Assembly: GCA_964549735.1 (NCBI GenBank)
Contig: CAZJWO010000002.1
Coordinates: forward strand, 27,358 to 91,357
Source: an uncultured Fibrobacteraceae bacterium
GTDB lineage: Bacteria > Krumholzibacteriota > Krumholzibacteriia > LZORAL124-64-63
Direction: 5' to 3'
Length of the DNA: 64,000 nucleotides
A program made the translations under genes and the position numbers. Below the pieces are notes generated by a model. That model saw nothing but the letters and a program-made list of their open reading frames with translations. It was not told the origin of the DNA and searched no databases. Within the stretch, counting starts at the first letter, position 1. Each line of letters begins with the position of its first letter. Positions 46,681 through 57,183 of the stretch are shown here, in pieces.

Positions 46681-47046
46681 TCATACCCAGTGGTCCTCGA
46701 CGTCCGCCGCGGCGGCCTCGGTCAACTCGCCCGCACGGTACAGGGCGAGGGCGGCCGCCACCGTCGGCGCCTCCGTCACGAAGACCCTGATTCCGGCTGC
46801 CGCGAGCACGCGGAAGGCCTTCGGACCGCAGTGGCCGGTCACGACGGCCTGCACACCTAGGCGCGCCACGGTCTGCGCCGCCTGGATGCCGGCGCCCTGC
46901 GCCGCCTCGAGGCTCTGACGATTGTCGACCGTGGTGAACGTGTCCTGGTCCAGGTCATAGACGAGGAATCCGGCGGCGCGGCCGAACCTGGGGTCCAGCG
47001 GCGCTTGCAGATCCCGTCCCGCGGTCGTGAGCGCGATCGTCATCAT
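46681..47046 (-). CDS. NifX/NifB-like FeMo-cofactor-binding-domain protein, copy 2
   Basis: MTIALTTAGRDLQAPLDPRFGRAAGFLVYDLD...VVTGHCGPKAFRVLAAAGIRVF. Confidence 0.65.
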   Translation of the reverse strand: MMTIALTTAGRDLQAPLDPRFGRAAGFLVYDLDQDTFTTVDNRQSLEAAQGAGIQAAQTVARLGVQAVVTGHCGPKAFRVLAAAGIRVFVTEAPTVAAALALYRAGELTEAAAADVEDHWV

Positions 47047-47128
47047 GCTGCCCTTCCGGACGCCTCGGCGCGACGCGTCCAACCGTCGCCTGTCGCGCGT
47101 CGTGAAGCGGCGCGCTTGCGGCGGCCGT

Positions 47129-47506
47129 CTATGGCGCGGCATCGCCGCGGTCGATTTCGCGCAGGCGTTCCTGCATGGCGGCCAGTTCGGCCTGCAACGC
47201 GGCGATCTGGCGCTGGAGGCTCTGCATCTGGTGAGCGTTGGCAGGCAGAGGTTCGGGCGCGGCCGTTGCGACGGGCGCGCCGTGCTGGCCGAATCGGAAC
47301 CAACCGGGCAATCCCTTGGCCTGGAACATGTTCCGCCAGCCGCGGCCACCGCCGAGACCACACCACCAACCGCCACGACCCCTGCCTGGACCGCGGCCGG
47401 CCGGCGCGCGCATGCTGCCGGGCGTGTCTCCACCCGCACAGAAGCCCGCCCCGCGTCCGGTCAACGCTCCTTGTCCGAGCGGACCCGTCCGATCTCCGCC
47501 TGGCAT
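47129..47506 (-). CDS. Small Gly/Arg-rich protein with C-terminal coiled coil, DUF5320-like
   Basis: MPGGDRTGPLGQGALTGRGAGFCAGG...GRGRGGWWCGLGGGRGWRNMF...QMQSLQRQIAALQAELAAMQERLREI. 125 aa. This family is a typical neighbour of NifX-like / MinD-ferredoxin genes. Confidence 0.5.
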   Translation of the reverse strand: MPGGDRTGPLGQGALTGRGAGFCAGGDTPGSMRAPAGRGPGRGRGGWWCGLGGGRGWRNMFQAKGLPGWFRFGQHGAPVATAAPEPLPANAHQMQSLQRQIAALQAELAAMQERLREIDRGDAAP

Positions 47507-47880
47507 CGCCGCACCTTCCTTTCCCTGTTTCGCCGGCGCCGGCACCGGCAGCAACCCGGCATGATGAATTCCTCGTCCTGCAGACGGTCGTCGAGCCAGG
47601 CTTGCCTGACCGCGCGCAGATCGCCGGCCACGAACGGGATGACCTCGATCCCGTAAGCCGCGACCAATTCCTGCAGAGGTCGCGAGATCGCGCCGCAGAC
47701 CAGCGTGCCGACTTCCCATTCGACGAGCCGCAGGACCTTCTGGACCGGCAGATCCTCCGCCAGCGTCGCGGCGACCTCGCTGACGACCCGGCGGGCGACG
47801 ACCTCGACGAGCAGCAGCCGGTGCGTGGTGTCGAAGACCGGCGCGATTCGGTCCTGCCAGCATGCGAAGGCCACCCTCAT
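47461..47880 (-). CDS. NifX/NifB-like FeMo-cofactor-binding-domain protein, copy 3, with a Cys/Arg-rich C-terminal tail
   Basis: Start at MRVAFACWQDRIAPVFDTTHRLLLVEVV...LVCGAISRPLQELVAAYGIEVI. The tail MPGCCRCRRRRNRERK overlaps the start of the DUF5320-like gene by 46 nt, so the stop is uncertain. Confidence 0.5.
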   Translation of the reverse strand: MRVAFACWQDRIAPVFDTTHRLLLVEVVARRVVSEVAATLAEDLPVQKVLRLVEWEVGTLVCGAISRPLQELVAAYGIEVIPFVAGDLRAVRQAWLDDRLQDEEFIMPGCCRCRRRRNRERKVRRCQAEIGRVRSDKER

Positions 47881-47928
47881 CGCGTCCCGCCTCGCTTCGG
47901 TGCCGGGCCCGACGCCCTCCGTGGACAT

Positions 47929-47944
47929 TGCAACTGGCAGGCCA
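47929..47944 (-). promoter_or_regulatory. Sigma-54 (-24/-12) promoter TGGCCTG-CCAG-TTGCA, ~50 nt upstream of the third NifX-like gene
   Basis: Minus-strand sequence CTGGCCTGCCAGTTGCAA matches TGGCACG-N4-TTGCW with GG and GC spaced exactly 10 nt apart. A sigma-54 activator gene is adjacent. Confidence 0.6.
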
Positions 47945-48005
47945 GTGGAGAACGCAACGGCCGATTCTCCCGTTAGCCTCTGTAAATAAATAGAATAGAC
48001 GATCG

Positions 48006-48023
48006 GCCACGAAGCTTCTTGGC
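48006..48023. promoter_or_regulatory. 18-bp near-palindrome GCCACGAAGCTTCTTGGC, ~70 nt upstream of the sigma-54 promoter (candidate enhancer/UAS)
   Basis: One mismatch pair around a central AAGCTT. Its position is appropriate for a bacterial enhancer-binding-protein site. Confidence 0.35.
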
Positions 48024-48077
48024 GACCCAAGTGGTGCATTATAGCTACGATATCGCGGGGTTACTGACGCGGCAGCG

Positions 48078-49574
48078 CTACTCTACGGGTTCACGACGGG
48101 AGCGCCCATCCTGATCCGGCAGGACGATGCCCAGCTGCTTGAGGCGACGGTAGAGGGTGGTCTTGTGGATGCCGAGGTCCCGCGCGGCCGCCAGGCGATT
48201 GCCCTGATTACGCGCCAGCGCGGCGTGGATGACCTGCGTGTCGACGATATCGCGGACCTCGCGGGCCGTCCGCACGCCCTGGCGCCGGGCATCCACGCCG
48301 CGATCGGCCGTCAGCTCGACGGGCAGATGCGCGATCCCGATGAGCCCGTCTCCGCAGAGCACGAACGCCCGCTCGACCGCGTTGGCCAGCTCACGGATGT
48401 TTCCCGGCCAGTCATGGGCCATCAGCAGCGACAGGGCCTCTGGCGCTACGCCCGCCACGGCCTTGCCTTGCAGCCGATTGAAGCGGGCGATGAACTGATC
48501 GACGAGCAGGGGAATGTCCTCCTTGCGGCGGCGCAGCGGCGGCAATTCGATGCGCACGACGTTGACGCGATAGTAGAGGTCTTCACGGAAACGGCCGCGG
48601 CGCACCTGTTCGGCGAGGTCCTTGTTGGTCGCGACCACGACCCGCACGTCGGCGGTCTCGGTGCGGGTCGACCCCAGCGGTTCGAACGTCCTCTCCTGCA
48701 GCACGCGCAGGAGGCGCACCTGCAGGGCCGGACTCACCTCGCCGATCTCGTCGAGGAAGATCGTGCCGCCTCCCGCCAGGGCGAAACGGCCCGGCTTGTC
48801 GGCTTGCGCGCCGGTGAACGCGCCCGCCTTGTAGCCGAAGAGCTCGGACTCGAGCAGCGCATCGGGCAGGGCGCCGCAATTGACGGCGACGAAAGACCTG
48901 CTGCCGCGGGGACTCTGCTCATGGATGGTGCGGGCGATGAGTTCCTTGCCGGTTCCGGTTTCGCCGAGCACGAGCACCGTGCTCGGACTGGCCGCTATCG
49001 CGGGCAGGACCTCGAAGATGCGTTGCATGAGCGGACTGCGACTGGTCAGCTCGCCGATGCTGTGCCTGCCAGCCAGCTCGCGCCGGAGCGCCTCGACTTC
49101 GGCGAGATCGCGGAACGTCTCGACACCGCCGATGATGCGCCCCGCACCGTCGCGCAACACCGCGGTCGAGAGGCTGATCGGCCGATGGTTGCCCTCGGCG
49201 TCGACGATGTAGGCCGACTTGCCGATGATCGGCTTGCCGGTCTGCAGCGTCTGTTGCAGCGCGCAGTCGTCTCCGCACAGGCTGGAGCGGAAGACGTCGC
49301 AGCAGCGCCGGCCCAGAGCCTCCGCGCGGGGCACGCCGGTGATCTGTTCGGCGGCCCGATTGAAAGCGCTGATGCACCACTGGTGGTCTACGGTGAACAC
49401 GCCGTCCGAGATGCTCTCGAGGATGGTCTCCGTCGGGCTGAGGCGGACCGGCCGACGTGTCTGCTTGCGGGGATTCATCGACGGCTGCCTCCGGCGCACG
49501 CCGCTGGGAACGCCGCCCGGCGGCGTCCCGAGCGGGGCGTCTCGCGGTGGCGAAGATTGACGCTCCGCATCCAC
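48078..49574 (-). CDS. Sigma-54-dependent transcriptional activator with an N-terminal PAS sensory domain (no receiver) and C-terminal Fis-type HTH
   Basis: Walker A GETGTGKE, GAFTGA motif (KAGAFTGAQ), ESELFGY, LYYRVNVVRIELPPLRRR, and C-terminal LGIHKTTLYRRLKQLGI. Alternative start at MNPRKQ. Confidence 0.85.
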   Translation of the reverse strand: MDAERQSSPPRDAPLGTPPGGVPSGVRRRQPSMNPRKQTRRPVRLSPTETILESISDGVFTVDHQWCISAFNRAAEQITGVPRAEALGRRCCDVFRSSLCGDDCALQQTLQTGKPIIGKSAYIVDAEGNHRPISLSTAVLRDGAGRIIGGVETFRDLAEVEALRRELAGRHSIGELTSRSPLMQRIFEVLPAIAASPSTVLVLGETGTGKELIARTIHEQSPRGSRSFVAVNCGALPDALLESELFGYKAGAFTGAQADKPGRFALAGGGTIFLDEIGEVSPALQVRLLRVLQERTFEPLGSTRTETADVRVVVATNKDLAEQVRRGRFREDLYYRVNVVRIELPPLRRRKEDIPLLVDQFIARFNRLQGKAVAGVAPEALSLLMAHDWPGNIRELANAVERAFVLCGDGLIGIAHLPVELTADRGVDARRQGVRTAREVRDIVDTQVIHAALARNQGNRLAAARDLGIHKTTLYRRLKQLGIVLPDQDGRSRREPVE

Positions 49575-49666
49575 CCATCATGATAGGTGCAAGAACGCGA
49601 CGATCAAAGAAACGCCTGCAGGGCGGCGGCGGCCGCCCGCCGGCGGCGCGCCGGCAGGCGCTGGCG

Positions 49667-52600
49667 TCACCTGCTGCCGACCGTCAGCTCGAGATCGTCG
49701 GCGGATCGATCCGGCCGCGCCGCCTCCTGCGCCTGCGCCTCCGGCCGCCCGCGGTCCGCGGGCAGCCACCGGCGCAGCGCCTTGGCGACGGACCGCAAGG
49801 AGATCGGCTTGGCGATGTAGTCGTCCATGCCCCTGGCCAGGCACCGCTCGCGGTCGCCCTGCATGGCATGGGCTGTCATGGCGATGATCGGAATCCGTCG
49901 ATCGCGGACCCCGGATCGCGGATCGCGGATGGCGCGCGTCGCCGCCAGGCCGTCCATCTCCGGCATCTGGACATCCATGAGCACGAGATCGTAGGACTCG
50001 TTCTTCAGGGCTGCGACCGCGTCGGCGCCGTTGGCCACGACATCGGCGCGCAGGCCGAGCTTCCGCAGGATGCCTCGCGCCACCTGCTGATTGATGACGT
50101 TGTCCTCCGCCACGAGGATACGGGCCTCGCAGCCCGCGAACATCAGCGCCGGCTCGCGAACGGCTGCGATCTTCTCGGCGCGCGGCTGCGCGTCGGCGCC
50201 GATGTCGCCCGCGCCCAGCGCCTCGACCAGCGCCGCTGCGAGTTCGTCGCGGCGGACCGGCTTGGCCACCGACACGGCGAATCCGAGCCGCGCGGCGTCG
50301 CCGGCATCGCCGCCGCGCCCCAACGGCGCCAGGAGCACGAGCGGAAGCGCCGCCAGCCGGGAGTCGCTGCGGACGGCCTTCGCCAGCGCGAGTCCGTCCA
50401 TGCCGGTCATCTGCATGTCGACGAGGACGACCCGGAACGGATCCTCGGCGGAGGCGGCCTCGGCGAGCGCCGCGAGCGCGGCGAGGCCATCCGGCGCGAC
50501 GTCCGCGCGCACGTCCCAGGCGGACATGCAGGCGGTGAGGACTTCGCGGCTGGCCGCGTTGTCGTCGACGACCAGCGCGCGGACGCCCTTCAGGGCGGGA
50601 ACAGCTACCGGAACCGCGGCCGCGGCCGCCTCGGCCGGACAGCGGCCGAACGACATGGTGAACCAGAATTCGGCGCCCCGCCCCTCGTCGCTCTCGACAC
50701 CGATCTCACCGCCCATCAGTTCGACCAGTTCCTTGGAGATGGCGAGACCGAGTCCGGTGCCGCCGTAGCGTCGTGTCGTCGAGGCATCGATCTGGTTGAA
50801 TTTGACGAAGAGCCGATCCTGCCTGTCGCGAGGTATGCCGATACCCGTGTCGCGCACGGAGAAGCGCAACCGCACGTCCTGTTCGGACTCCCCAACGAGG
50901 GTGGCCCGCACGGCGACTTCGCCCGCGGGGGTGAACTTGATCGCATTGCCGGCCAGGTTCGTCAAGATCTGGCGCAGGCGTCCCGGATCGCCTCGCAGCC
51001 GGAGCGGCACCTTCGGTTCGACGTAGCAAGTCAGCTCGAGACCTTTCTCGTGCGCGCGGACGGCCAGGCTGGCCGCGAAATCCTCGAACATGCCGGCCAG
51101 ATCGAAATCGAGGTCTTCGATCTCGAGCCTGCGCGCTTCGATCTTGGAGAAATCCAGGATGTCGTTGATGAGTCCCAGCAGCACCTCGCCGCTCGCTTGC
51201 ACAGTCGCCGCGTAACGGTGCTGCTCCGGCGACAGCCCGGCGTCCAGCAACAGGCCCGTCATGCCGATGATCCCGTTCAACGGCGTGCGGATCTCGTGGC
51301 TCATGTTCGCCAGGAATTCGCTCTTGGCGATGTTGGCCATCTCGGCCTGGGCCGCCATGTCGCGAGCTTTGGCCATCGCGGACTCCAGCTCGCGATTGGC
51401 CACGCGGAGCTCCTGCGCCGAGCGCGCCACCGCCGCCTCCGCGTTCTTGCGCTCGGTGACGTCGCGCGCCACCGCATAGATGAAATCGCCGAGCGGATGC
51501 GATCGCCATTCGATCCAGCGGTAGGCGCCGTCCTGGCGTCGGTAACGGTTCTCGAAGCTCAAGACATCCTGGTGGGCGTCCAGCTTCGCCATCGCCGCCA
51601 ACGTGGTCTCGATGTCGTCCGGATGCACGAAATCGAGGTAGCGGCGGCCGACGAGGTCCGTCATCGCGTAACCGAGCACTTGCTGCCATCGCGGATTCAA
51701 GCGCACGAAACGGCCTTCCATGTCGGCGATGCAGAGCAGGTCGAGGCTGGAGCTGAAGTAGCGCTCCAGCTCCTCGCCCTTGGCCGCCAGGGCCCGATAG
51801 GCCTCGTTGCGCGTGATGGCCTGCGCGATGATCTCGGCGACGACCCGCAGCATGCGGACCTGGTCCTCCGGCCAGGTGCGGCGCGCGCGCACCGCGTCGA
51901 AGCCGAGGAAACCGAGCAGCCGGCCGTGATCCTGGCGCATCGGCAGGCAGATCAAGGAACGGATGCCCTGCGCCGATAGCTCCGCCTTCTCCGCGGCGGC
52001 TTCCGGCGGCAGCTCCTCGACGGCGGGGATCTGCAGCGCCGACGAGTCGAGGAACTGGGCGTTCAGCCAGGGCATCGCGGCGACCGGGAGGTTCTGTACC
52101 CGCTCGCGCTGCGGGGCGATGCCCGGCGCACACCACTCATGCGTGTTGTCCATCGTCGCCAGGTCCGTGGAGTATCGGAACAGATAGCTGCGGTCGGCCG
52201 CGAGCAGCTCGCCGAGCCTGCGCAACGCGCTATCGACGGCCTCGTCGTAGTCGCGGTCGGACAGCCGGACGAATCGCGATGAGATCTCGGCGACGGCGGT
52301 CTGGAATTCGAGCTGGAACTGCATGGCGCGCTCGGCGTGCCGGCGCGCGGAGATGTCCACGGCGGAACCGCGGTAACCCCGCAAGCCGCCAGCCTCGTCC
52401 AGCAACGGCACGCCGTTGGTGGCGACCACGACGACGCGGCCATCCTTCGCCAGCAGGGGGACCTCCAGATCCGAAATGCACTCACGCCTGGCGAACACGT
52501 CGAGCAGCGCCTGCTTGTACTCGGCGCGCTCGTCGGCCGGGAATTGATCGAAGAACGCCATGCGCCCGACGAGCTCCTGCGGCCGGTAGCCGAGGACCTG

Positions 52601-54310
52601 CTCCACGACCGGGCTCAAATAGGTGTACAGGCCCTTGGCGTCGACCTCGATGACGATGGTCCGGCTCTGCGTCGCGAGTTGGTCGTAGCGCTCCTGGCTG
52701 TCGCGCAGCTGCGCCTGCTGCGCGCAGATCTCCGCTTGCGCGTCGCGAAGCAAGACGTAGACGAAGCCCAGCAGCGACGCCAGGATCACGGCGCCCGCAG
52801 TGCCGCCAAGCACGAAGAGGCGGCTGAGCGACGCCTTTTCCGCCGTCAGGTCGCGGATGACGACCAGGCAGCCGGCGGCATCGGCGATGGAATCGGCAAG
52901 CGGCCGCGCCGTCGCGCGCCAGGTCCGGCCGTCGTGACGGATGTCGCGGCTCCGCGCGCTGGCGTTCTCATGCGCGCCCGCGACATGGTCGGCGACGCTC
53001 GTGAAGACGTCCGGCAGGCGGCCGAACGACGAGTAGACCACCACCGACGCCGGCAATCGATCCCAGTCGGCGTCGCGGTCCAGCCGCCGCATGCCGCGCT
53101 CCCAGGCTCGCCGGTCGAGATGCTGCTTGGGCAGCGTCAAGGCCAGCTCGATGCCGTAGCGCGTATGCAGCGAGCGCAAGGCGTCCTCTATCTCCTTGCC
53201 CAGCTCGACGAAACCGATCAGCTCGTCGTCGTCGCGAATGGGCACCGCCACCCGCAAGATCAGAGTGCCGAACGGTCCCGGCTCGATGCGGTAGGCCGGT
53301 TCTCGATCGCCGGCGACGCTGTTGGCGGCCACGAGACGGTCGCCGCCGGCGTCCTGGTTCGCGGCGAAGAGGCAGACCTGTTGCTCGCCGTCGCGGCCGC
53401 GGAAGCAGAGATGAGCGAGGTTGTGCGCGCGATGCAGCGATTCGAACATCGTGTGCGCGACGTTGCGCAGGTGCGGGATGTCGTGACGGCGCAGCGCGGC
53501 GCGAATGGCGGGGTCGACGGCCATGGACTGCAACGTCATGACCATCCCGGCCGCTTGGTTGTCGAGGTCGACGGCGAGCTCGCGGTGGATCTCGTCGACC
53601 GCTGCCGTACCGGATCGCACCAGCGCCTGCTGGTGCTGGCGCCACAGGAGGCCGCCGGCGCTCGCCGTCAACAGCGTGACCATCGCCGCCAGCGGCGGCA
53701 GCAGCCGCGTCAGGACGGCTCTGGGCGCTCCGTCGGCGCCGCGCGGACCGAACACCGCCGCCAGGGCGCCGATCGCCAGGATGAGGACCACACCGACCGG
53801 CAGGGCGGATTGGACGGCGACCTCCCGGCGCCAGACGGCGGCATCGACGTCCAGGCCCAGCATGGCGACCGCCGCGCCAGTCTCGGCGTCCAGCAGCGGC
53901 ACGAGCGCTGCGACCCGGTCGTCTCGTGCCTCGGCGACCGGACCCGTCCAGGTCGCGGGACTCGAATCGGCGAACTTGTAGACCGTGCCGTCGGAGCGGC
54001 GACCCAGGATATAGACGTCGCGGTAGCGGGAATCGATCGCGCGCACGGCCTGCAGGCGTTTCGCGAGCCGCTGGAAAGCGGGAACGTCGAGATCCGCCGG
54101 CGTGCCGGTCAGCGCCTCGATGTCCGCGACATCGATGTTCTGCGCGACCAGCCTCGCCTGCAGCAGCAGGTCGCCGCGCATCTGCCGATCGGCGCGCGCG
54201 GCCACCTTCCAGGCGAGCGACGCGCCCACGGCGATGGCCACCACCAGCAGGATGCCCATCCGCAGCGCGCGCGAAGGGACGCCCAGACGACCCGCCATCC
54301 GACGTATCAC
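49667..54310 (-). CDS. Multisensor hybrid histidine kinase (1547 aa): periplasmic/TM sensor, several PAS/GAF-like modules, HisKA, HATPase_c and two C-terminal receiver domains
   Basis: H-box [19 protein letters not shown]-box [22 protein letters not shown], and receivers [14 protein letters not shown]...[12 protein letters not shown] and [18 protein letters not shown]...[13 protein letters not shown]. Confidence 0.85.
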   Translation of the reverse strand: MIRRMAGRLGVPSRALRMGILLVVAIAVGASLAWKVAARADRQMRGDLLLQARLVAQNIDVADIEALTGTPADLDVPAFQRLAKRLQAVRAIDSRYRDVYILGRRSDGTVYKFADSSPATWTGPVAEARDDRVAALVPLLDAETGAAVAMLGLDVDAAVWRREVAVQSALPVGVVLILAIGALAAVFGPRGADGAPRAVLTRLLPPLAAMVTLLTASAGGLLWRQHQQALVRSGTAAVDEIHRELAVDLDNQAAGMVMTLQSMAVDPAIRAALRRHDIPHLRNVAHTMFESLHRAHNLAHLCFRGRDGEQQVCLFAANQDAGGDRLVAANSVAGDREPAYRIEPGPFGTLILRVAVPIRDDDELIGFVELGKEIEDALRSLHTRYGIELALTLPKQHLDRRAWERGMRRLDRDADWDRLPASVVVYSSFGRLPDVFTSVADHVAGAHENASARSRDIRHDGRTWRATARPLADSIADAAGCLVVIRDLTAEKASLSRLFVLGGTAGAVILASLLGFVYVLLRDAQAEICAQQAQLRDSQERYDQLATQSRTIVIEVDAKGLYTYLSPVVEQVLGYRPQELVGRMAFFDQFPADERAEYKQALLDVFARRECISDLEVPLLAKDGRVVVVATNGVPLLDEAGGLRGYRGSAVDISARRHAERAMQFQLEFQTAVAEISSRFVRLSDRDYDEAVDSALRRLGELLAADRSYLFRYSTDLATMDNTHEWCAPGIAPQRERVQNLPVAAMPWLNAQFLDSSALQIPAVEELPPEAAAEKAELSAQGIRSLICLPMRQDHGRLLGFLGFDAVRARRTWPEDQVRMLRVVAEIIAQAITRNEAYRALAAKGEELERYFSSSLDLLCIADMEGRFVRLNPRWQQVLGYAMTDLVGRRYLDFVHPDDIETTLAAMAKLDAHQDVLSFENRYRRQDGAYRWIEWRSHPLGDFIYAVARDVTERKNAEAAVARSAQELRVANRELESAMAKARDMAAQAEMANIAKSEFLANMSHEIRTPLNGIIGMTGLLLDAGLSPEQHRYAATVQASGEVLLGLINDILDFSKIEARRLEIEDLDFDLAGMFEDFAASLAVRAHEKGLELTCYVEPKVPLRLRGDPGRLRQILTNLAGNAIKFTPAGEVAVRATLVGESEQDVRLRFSVRDTGIGIPRDRQDRLFVKFNQIDASTTRRYGGTGLGLAISKELVELMGGEIGVESDEGRGAEFWFTMSFGRCPAEAAAAAVPVAVPALKGVRALVVDDNAASREVLTACMSAWDVRADVAPDGLAALAALAEAASAEDPFRVVLVDMQMTGMDGLALAKAVRSDSRLAALPLVLLAPLGRGGDAGDAARLGFAVSVAKPVRRDELAAALVEALGAGDIGADAQPRAEKIAAVREPALMFAGCEARILVAEDNVINQQVARGILRKLGLRADVVANGADAVAALKNESYDLVLMDVQMPEMDGLAATRAIRDPRSGVRDRRIPIIAMTAHAMQGDRERCLARGMDDYIAKPISLRSVAKALRRWLPADRGRPEAQAQEAARPDRSADDLELTVGSR

Positions 54311-54426
54311 GCAGATGCCTCCGGGGCGAAGAACCTATGGTCCTGTCGCCTCAGATATCGGACATCCGCGGGCCTACTTGAACACGGCCTCGCATCTGGC
54401 CGCCCCAGCGGGCGCCCTCGGAGCGA

Positions 54427-57067
54427 TCACCTCCCGATCCCCCCGCGCACCGGCCAGACGGCGCTCTGGCCGCCCGTCTTGTAGTCGCTGTAGAAGTCGC
54501 CGTAGGCCATGTCCACGACCCACGCCTCGATGGGCACCTCGTACCGCGTGCTGGAGGACCAGTAACGCCAGGCCAGCACGTTCTGGAACGGATGGCCGGC
54601 GACGAGGGCGGGGTTCTTCTGGCCGTAATCGACCAGGCTATACAGCTCCTTCTTGTTGGGCAGCCGCCAGTCGGTGTAACCGGCGCCGCAGTCGGCGTAG
54701 GGGCCATCGTTGATCCCGGCGACGAAATCCAGGGCCTGCTGCCAGGCGACCTTGCCGTCGAGGTCGAACTCCTGGTGATCCGTCCAGATGCAGTTCGCAT
54801 TGCGCAGCCAGACGAGGCCGGTCAGGTTGTCCGTCACGGTGCCGTCGCCGTTGTCCGCAAAACGCGGGTCGGGCCAGGACACGCCTCGCTGCAGATCGCC
54901 GTCGTCGCCGGCGGCGACGCTGATCGATTGCCCGGTCCGCCACAGGCGCGCGGGCGGCGCCGTCTCGCCGCGCGCCAGGAGGACCTCGCGCAGGGACGTG
55001 CGGAAGCTCGCGGTCTGATAGCCGTCGTACATGATCGCCCACGCGAGGTTGTTGCCCCAATCGTCCGTGAGCCAGGTCGAGGTCCAATAGGTGCCGAAGT
55101 AGATGAGCGCGAAACCCTTCGCGTTGAGCGCCGCGGCCGGCCAGGTCTCGCCGACCTCGAAGAGGCTCTCGAGCTCGTTCATGTTCGGCAGCCGCCAATC
55201 GGTGAAGCCGCCAAGACTGCAGGCAGCGGCGGTGGCCAGCGATTCGAACCAGGTCTTGTGCCAGATGTCGACCCGGGCCCACATCAGGCCGGTCAGGTGA
55301 TCCTGGACCACGTCCGTGACGGTCTGGCCGTCGCAATCGGAGTTCTGGTCGGCGCAGGGCCCATCGGCGTCGCAGTAGACGATGGTGAACCGCGGCGAGG
55401 GGATGGCGAGGCCCGCCTGGACCTCGCCGTCCTGCCCCGTGCCGGCGCAGGGGATCTCCACGCCCGCGGGGTCGTAGCAGCGGGTCTGCCCCGTGCGCGG
55501 CAGCCGGATCACGCCGCCCGGCGCGGTCGCCGAGCGCGCCGGCCGGAAGCCGCCGCTGAAGAACGACCAGCCGGGGTCGGCCGCGTTCCGCTCCGCGGCG
55601 CGGCAATCGGCCGCCTGATCGTTCCAGTAGCCGCCGCGCCGGACGCGGAAGGCTCCCGCCGCGACGTCGAACACGGGATCCTCCTGCGGCGAGGCGTCGA
55701 AGGGGCGCAGGCCGTCCCAGACCCACTCCCAGAGATTGCCGTGCAGGTCATGGAGACCCCACGCGTTCGGCCGCTTCTGGCCGACGACCTTCACGCCGGC
55801 GGGCGTGTTGTTGCCGCAGTACCAGCCGACCTCGTCGAGATAGGGATCGACGGGATCGCATTCGGTGTGCAGGATCGGCCCGCCGCTGAACGCGGTCTGG
55901 GCGCCCGCGCGGCAGGCGTACTCCCACTCCGCCTCCGTGGGCAGGCGGTAGCCGTCGGCGTCGCGGTCCCAGGTGACGTCGCCGGCGCCGCCGTGGATCG
56001 TGTACGCGGGGGTCAGCCCCTCCTGCTGCGAGAGCGCGTTGCAGAAGGCGATCGCGTCGTTCCAGGTCACGAAGTTCTTCGCCAGGTGCGAGATCGAGGC
56101 GCCGCCCATGACCGCGTCCCACCAGGACTCGGTCACTTCGTACTTCGAGATGTAGAACCCGCGCGTGAGGGTCACCTGGTGCAAGGTCTCGAGATCCTCG
56201 TCCCGTCCCGGCTCGTCCAGCGGACTGCCCATCAGGAAGGTGCCGGCGGGCAGGAAGACGAAACTCGCGGCGTAGTCCGGCTGCACCTCGACCGCGAACT
56301 CGTTCGCTCCGGGCGCGATCTCGACGGGCCGCCGGGCCGTCGGAAACTGCGCGTGCGCCACGAGGAGGTTGATGGCCTGGGCGACGACTCGGCTCTTCCG
56401 CATGCCGCCGACCGCGGCCTCGAGCCAGCCGGCGGCCGCGGCGTCGGCGACGCTCACGCGGCGCGCCGCGATGATCCGGGCGCGCGCGCCGGCGCTCGTG
56501 ATGCGGTGCGACACCGGCGCCGAGCGCCCGTCGCTCAAGCGTAGGAAGTACACGCCGGCGGGCAGACCGCTCGGCGCTGCCAGGGCGAGGTCGTCGCCGC
56601 CTTGCGTGTGGGCCAGACGCCGGCCCCTGAGGTCGTAGAGCGCGAGTTCGACTATGGCCGACTCCGTCGGCACCACGAAGTCGAGCCGCACCTCGCGGGC
56701 GCCCACGGTCCCGCGCCAGTTGCCGGTCAGGATGCGCGCCGGCCGCCAGGCGAGGCCGTCGCGCGCATCGGCCCCCGGAGAGACGCGATCGCCGATCGCG
56801 ACGATGTCGTCGAACACGACCAGGCCGTCGGCGCCGGTCGTCTCGGCTGGCTCGACGCCTTGATCCCAGACGCCGTCGCCGTCGAGGTCGAGCGCCACGA
56901 TCGCGCCGGCGAGCGGCGCGCCGCCGGCGGTCACGAGGACTTCGACGCTTGCTGCCTCTTGCGGCTCGAGGTCGGCCGCTGACGCGCGACCGCCACCTGC
57001 GGCCAGGTTCGCGGCCACGACCCCGATCAGGACTGTAAACGCTTGGAATACAGCAAGATAACGCATG
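54427..57067 (-). CDS. Secreted multidomain protein: N-terminal FlgD-Ig/T9SS-CTD-like beta-sandwich, a formylglycine-generating-enzyme (FGE-sulfatase / SUMF1) domain, and two DUF1566 (Lcl C-terminal) domains
   Basis: Signal peptide MRYLAVFQAFTVLIGVVAA. LALYDLRGRRLAHTQ...PSGLPAGVYFLRLSDG (sorting-domain-like, but internal). FGE motifs GTFLMGSPLDEPGRDED, RLPTEAEWEYACRAG, HDLHGNLWEWVWD, RVRRGGYW. DUF1566 motifs DHLTGLMWAR...FTDWRLPNMNELESLF and DNLTGLVWLRN...YTDWRLPNKKELYSLV. Confidence 0.75.
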
Positions 57068-57183
57068 GCGGCCTCCGGGCGATGAAGACATGATGCGATA
57101 TCACAGGTGGCGAAGAGCACCCGCCGGTGATTGTACACCCGCGGCGGGATTCGGGGAATCGATGAGATCGCCAGCCGCGACGG

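Noticed and set aside
47005-48010. Track ORFs 47005..47976(+), 47027..47656(+), 47043..47369(-) and the long upstream part of 47129..48010(-)
   Set aside because: Only the terminal 125 codons of 47129..48010 (from MPGGDRTGP) show the Gly-rich plus coiled-coil organisation of a real small protein. The rest is antisense to, or out of frame with, the NifX-like genes.
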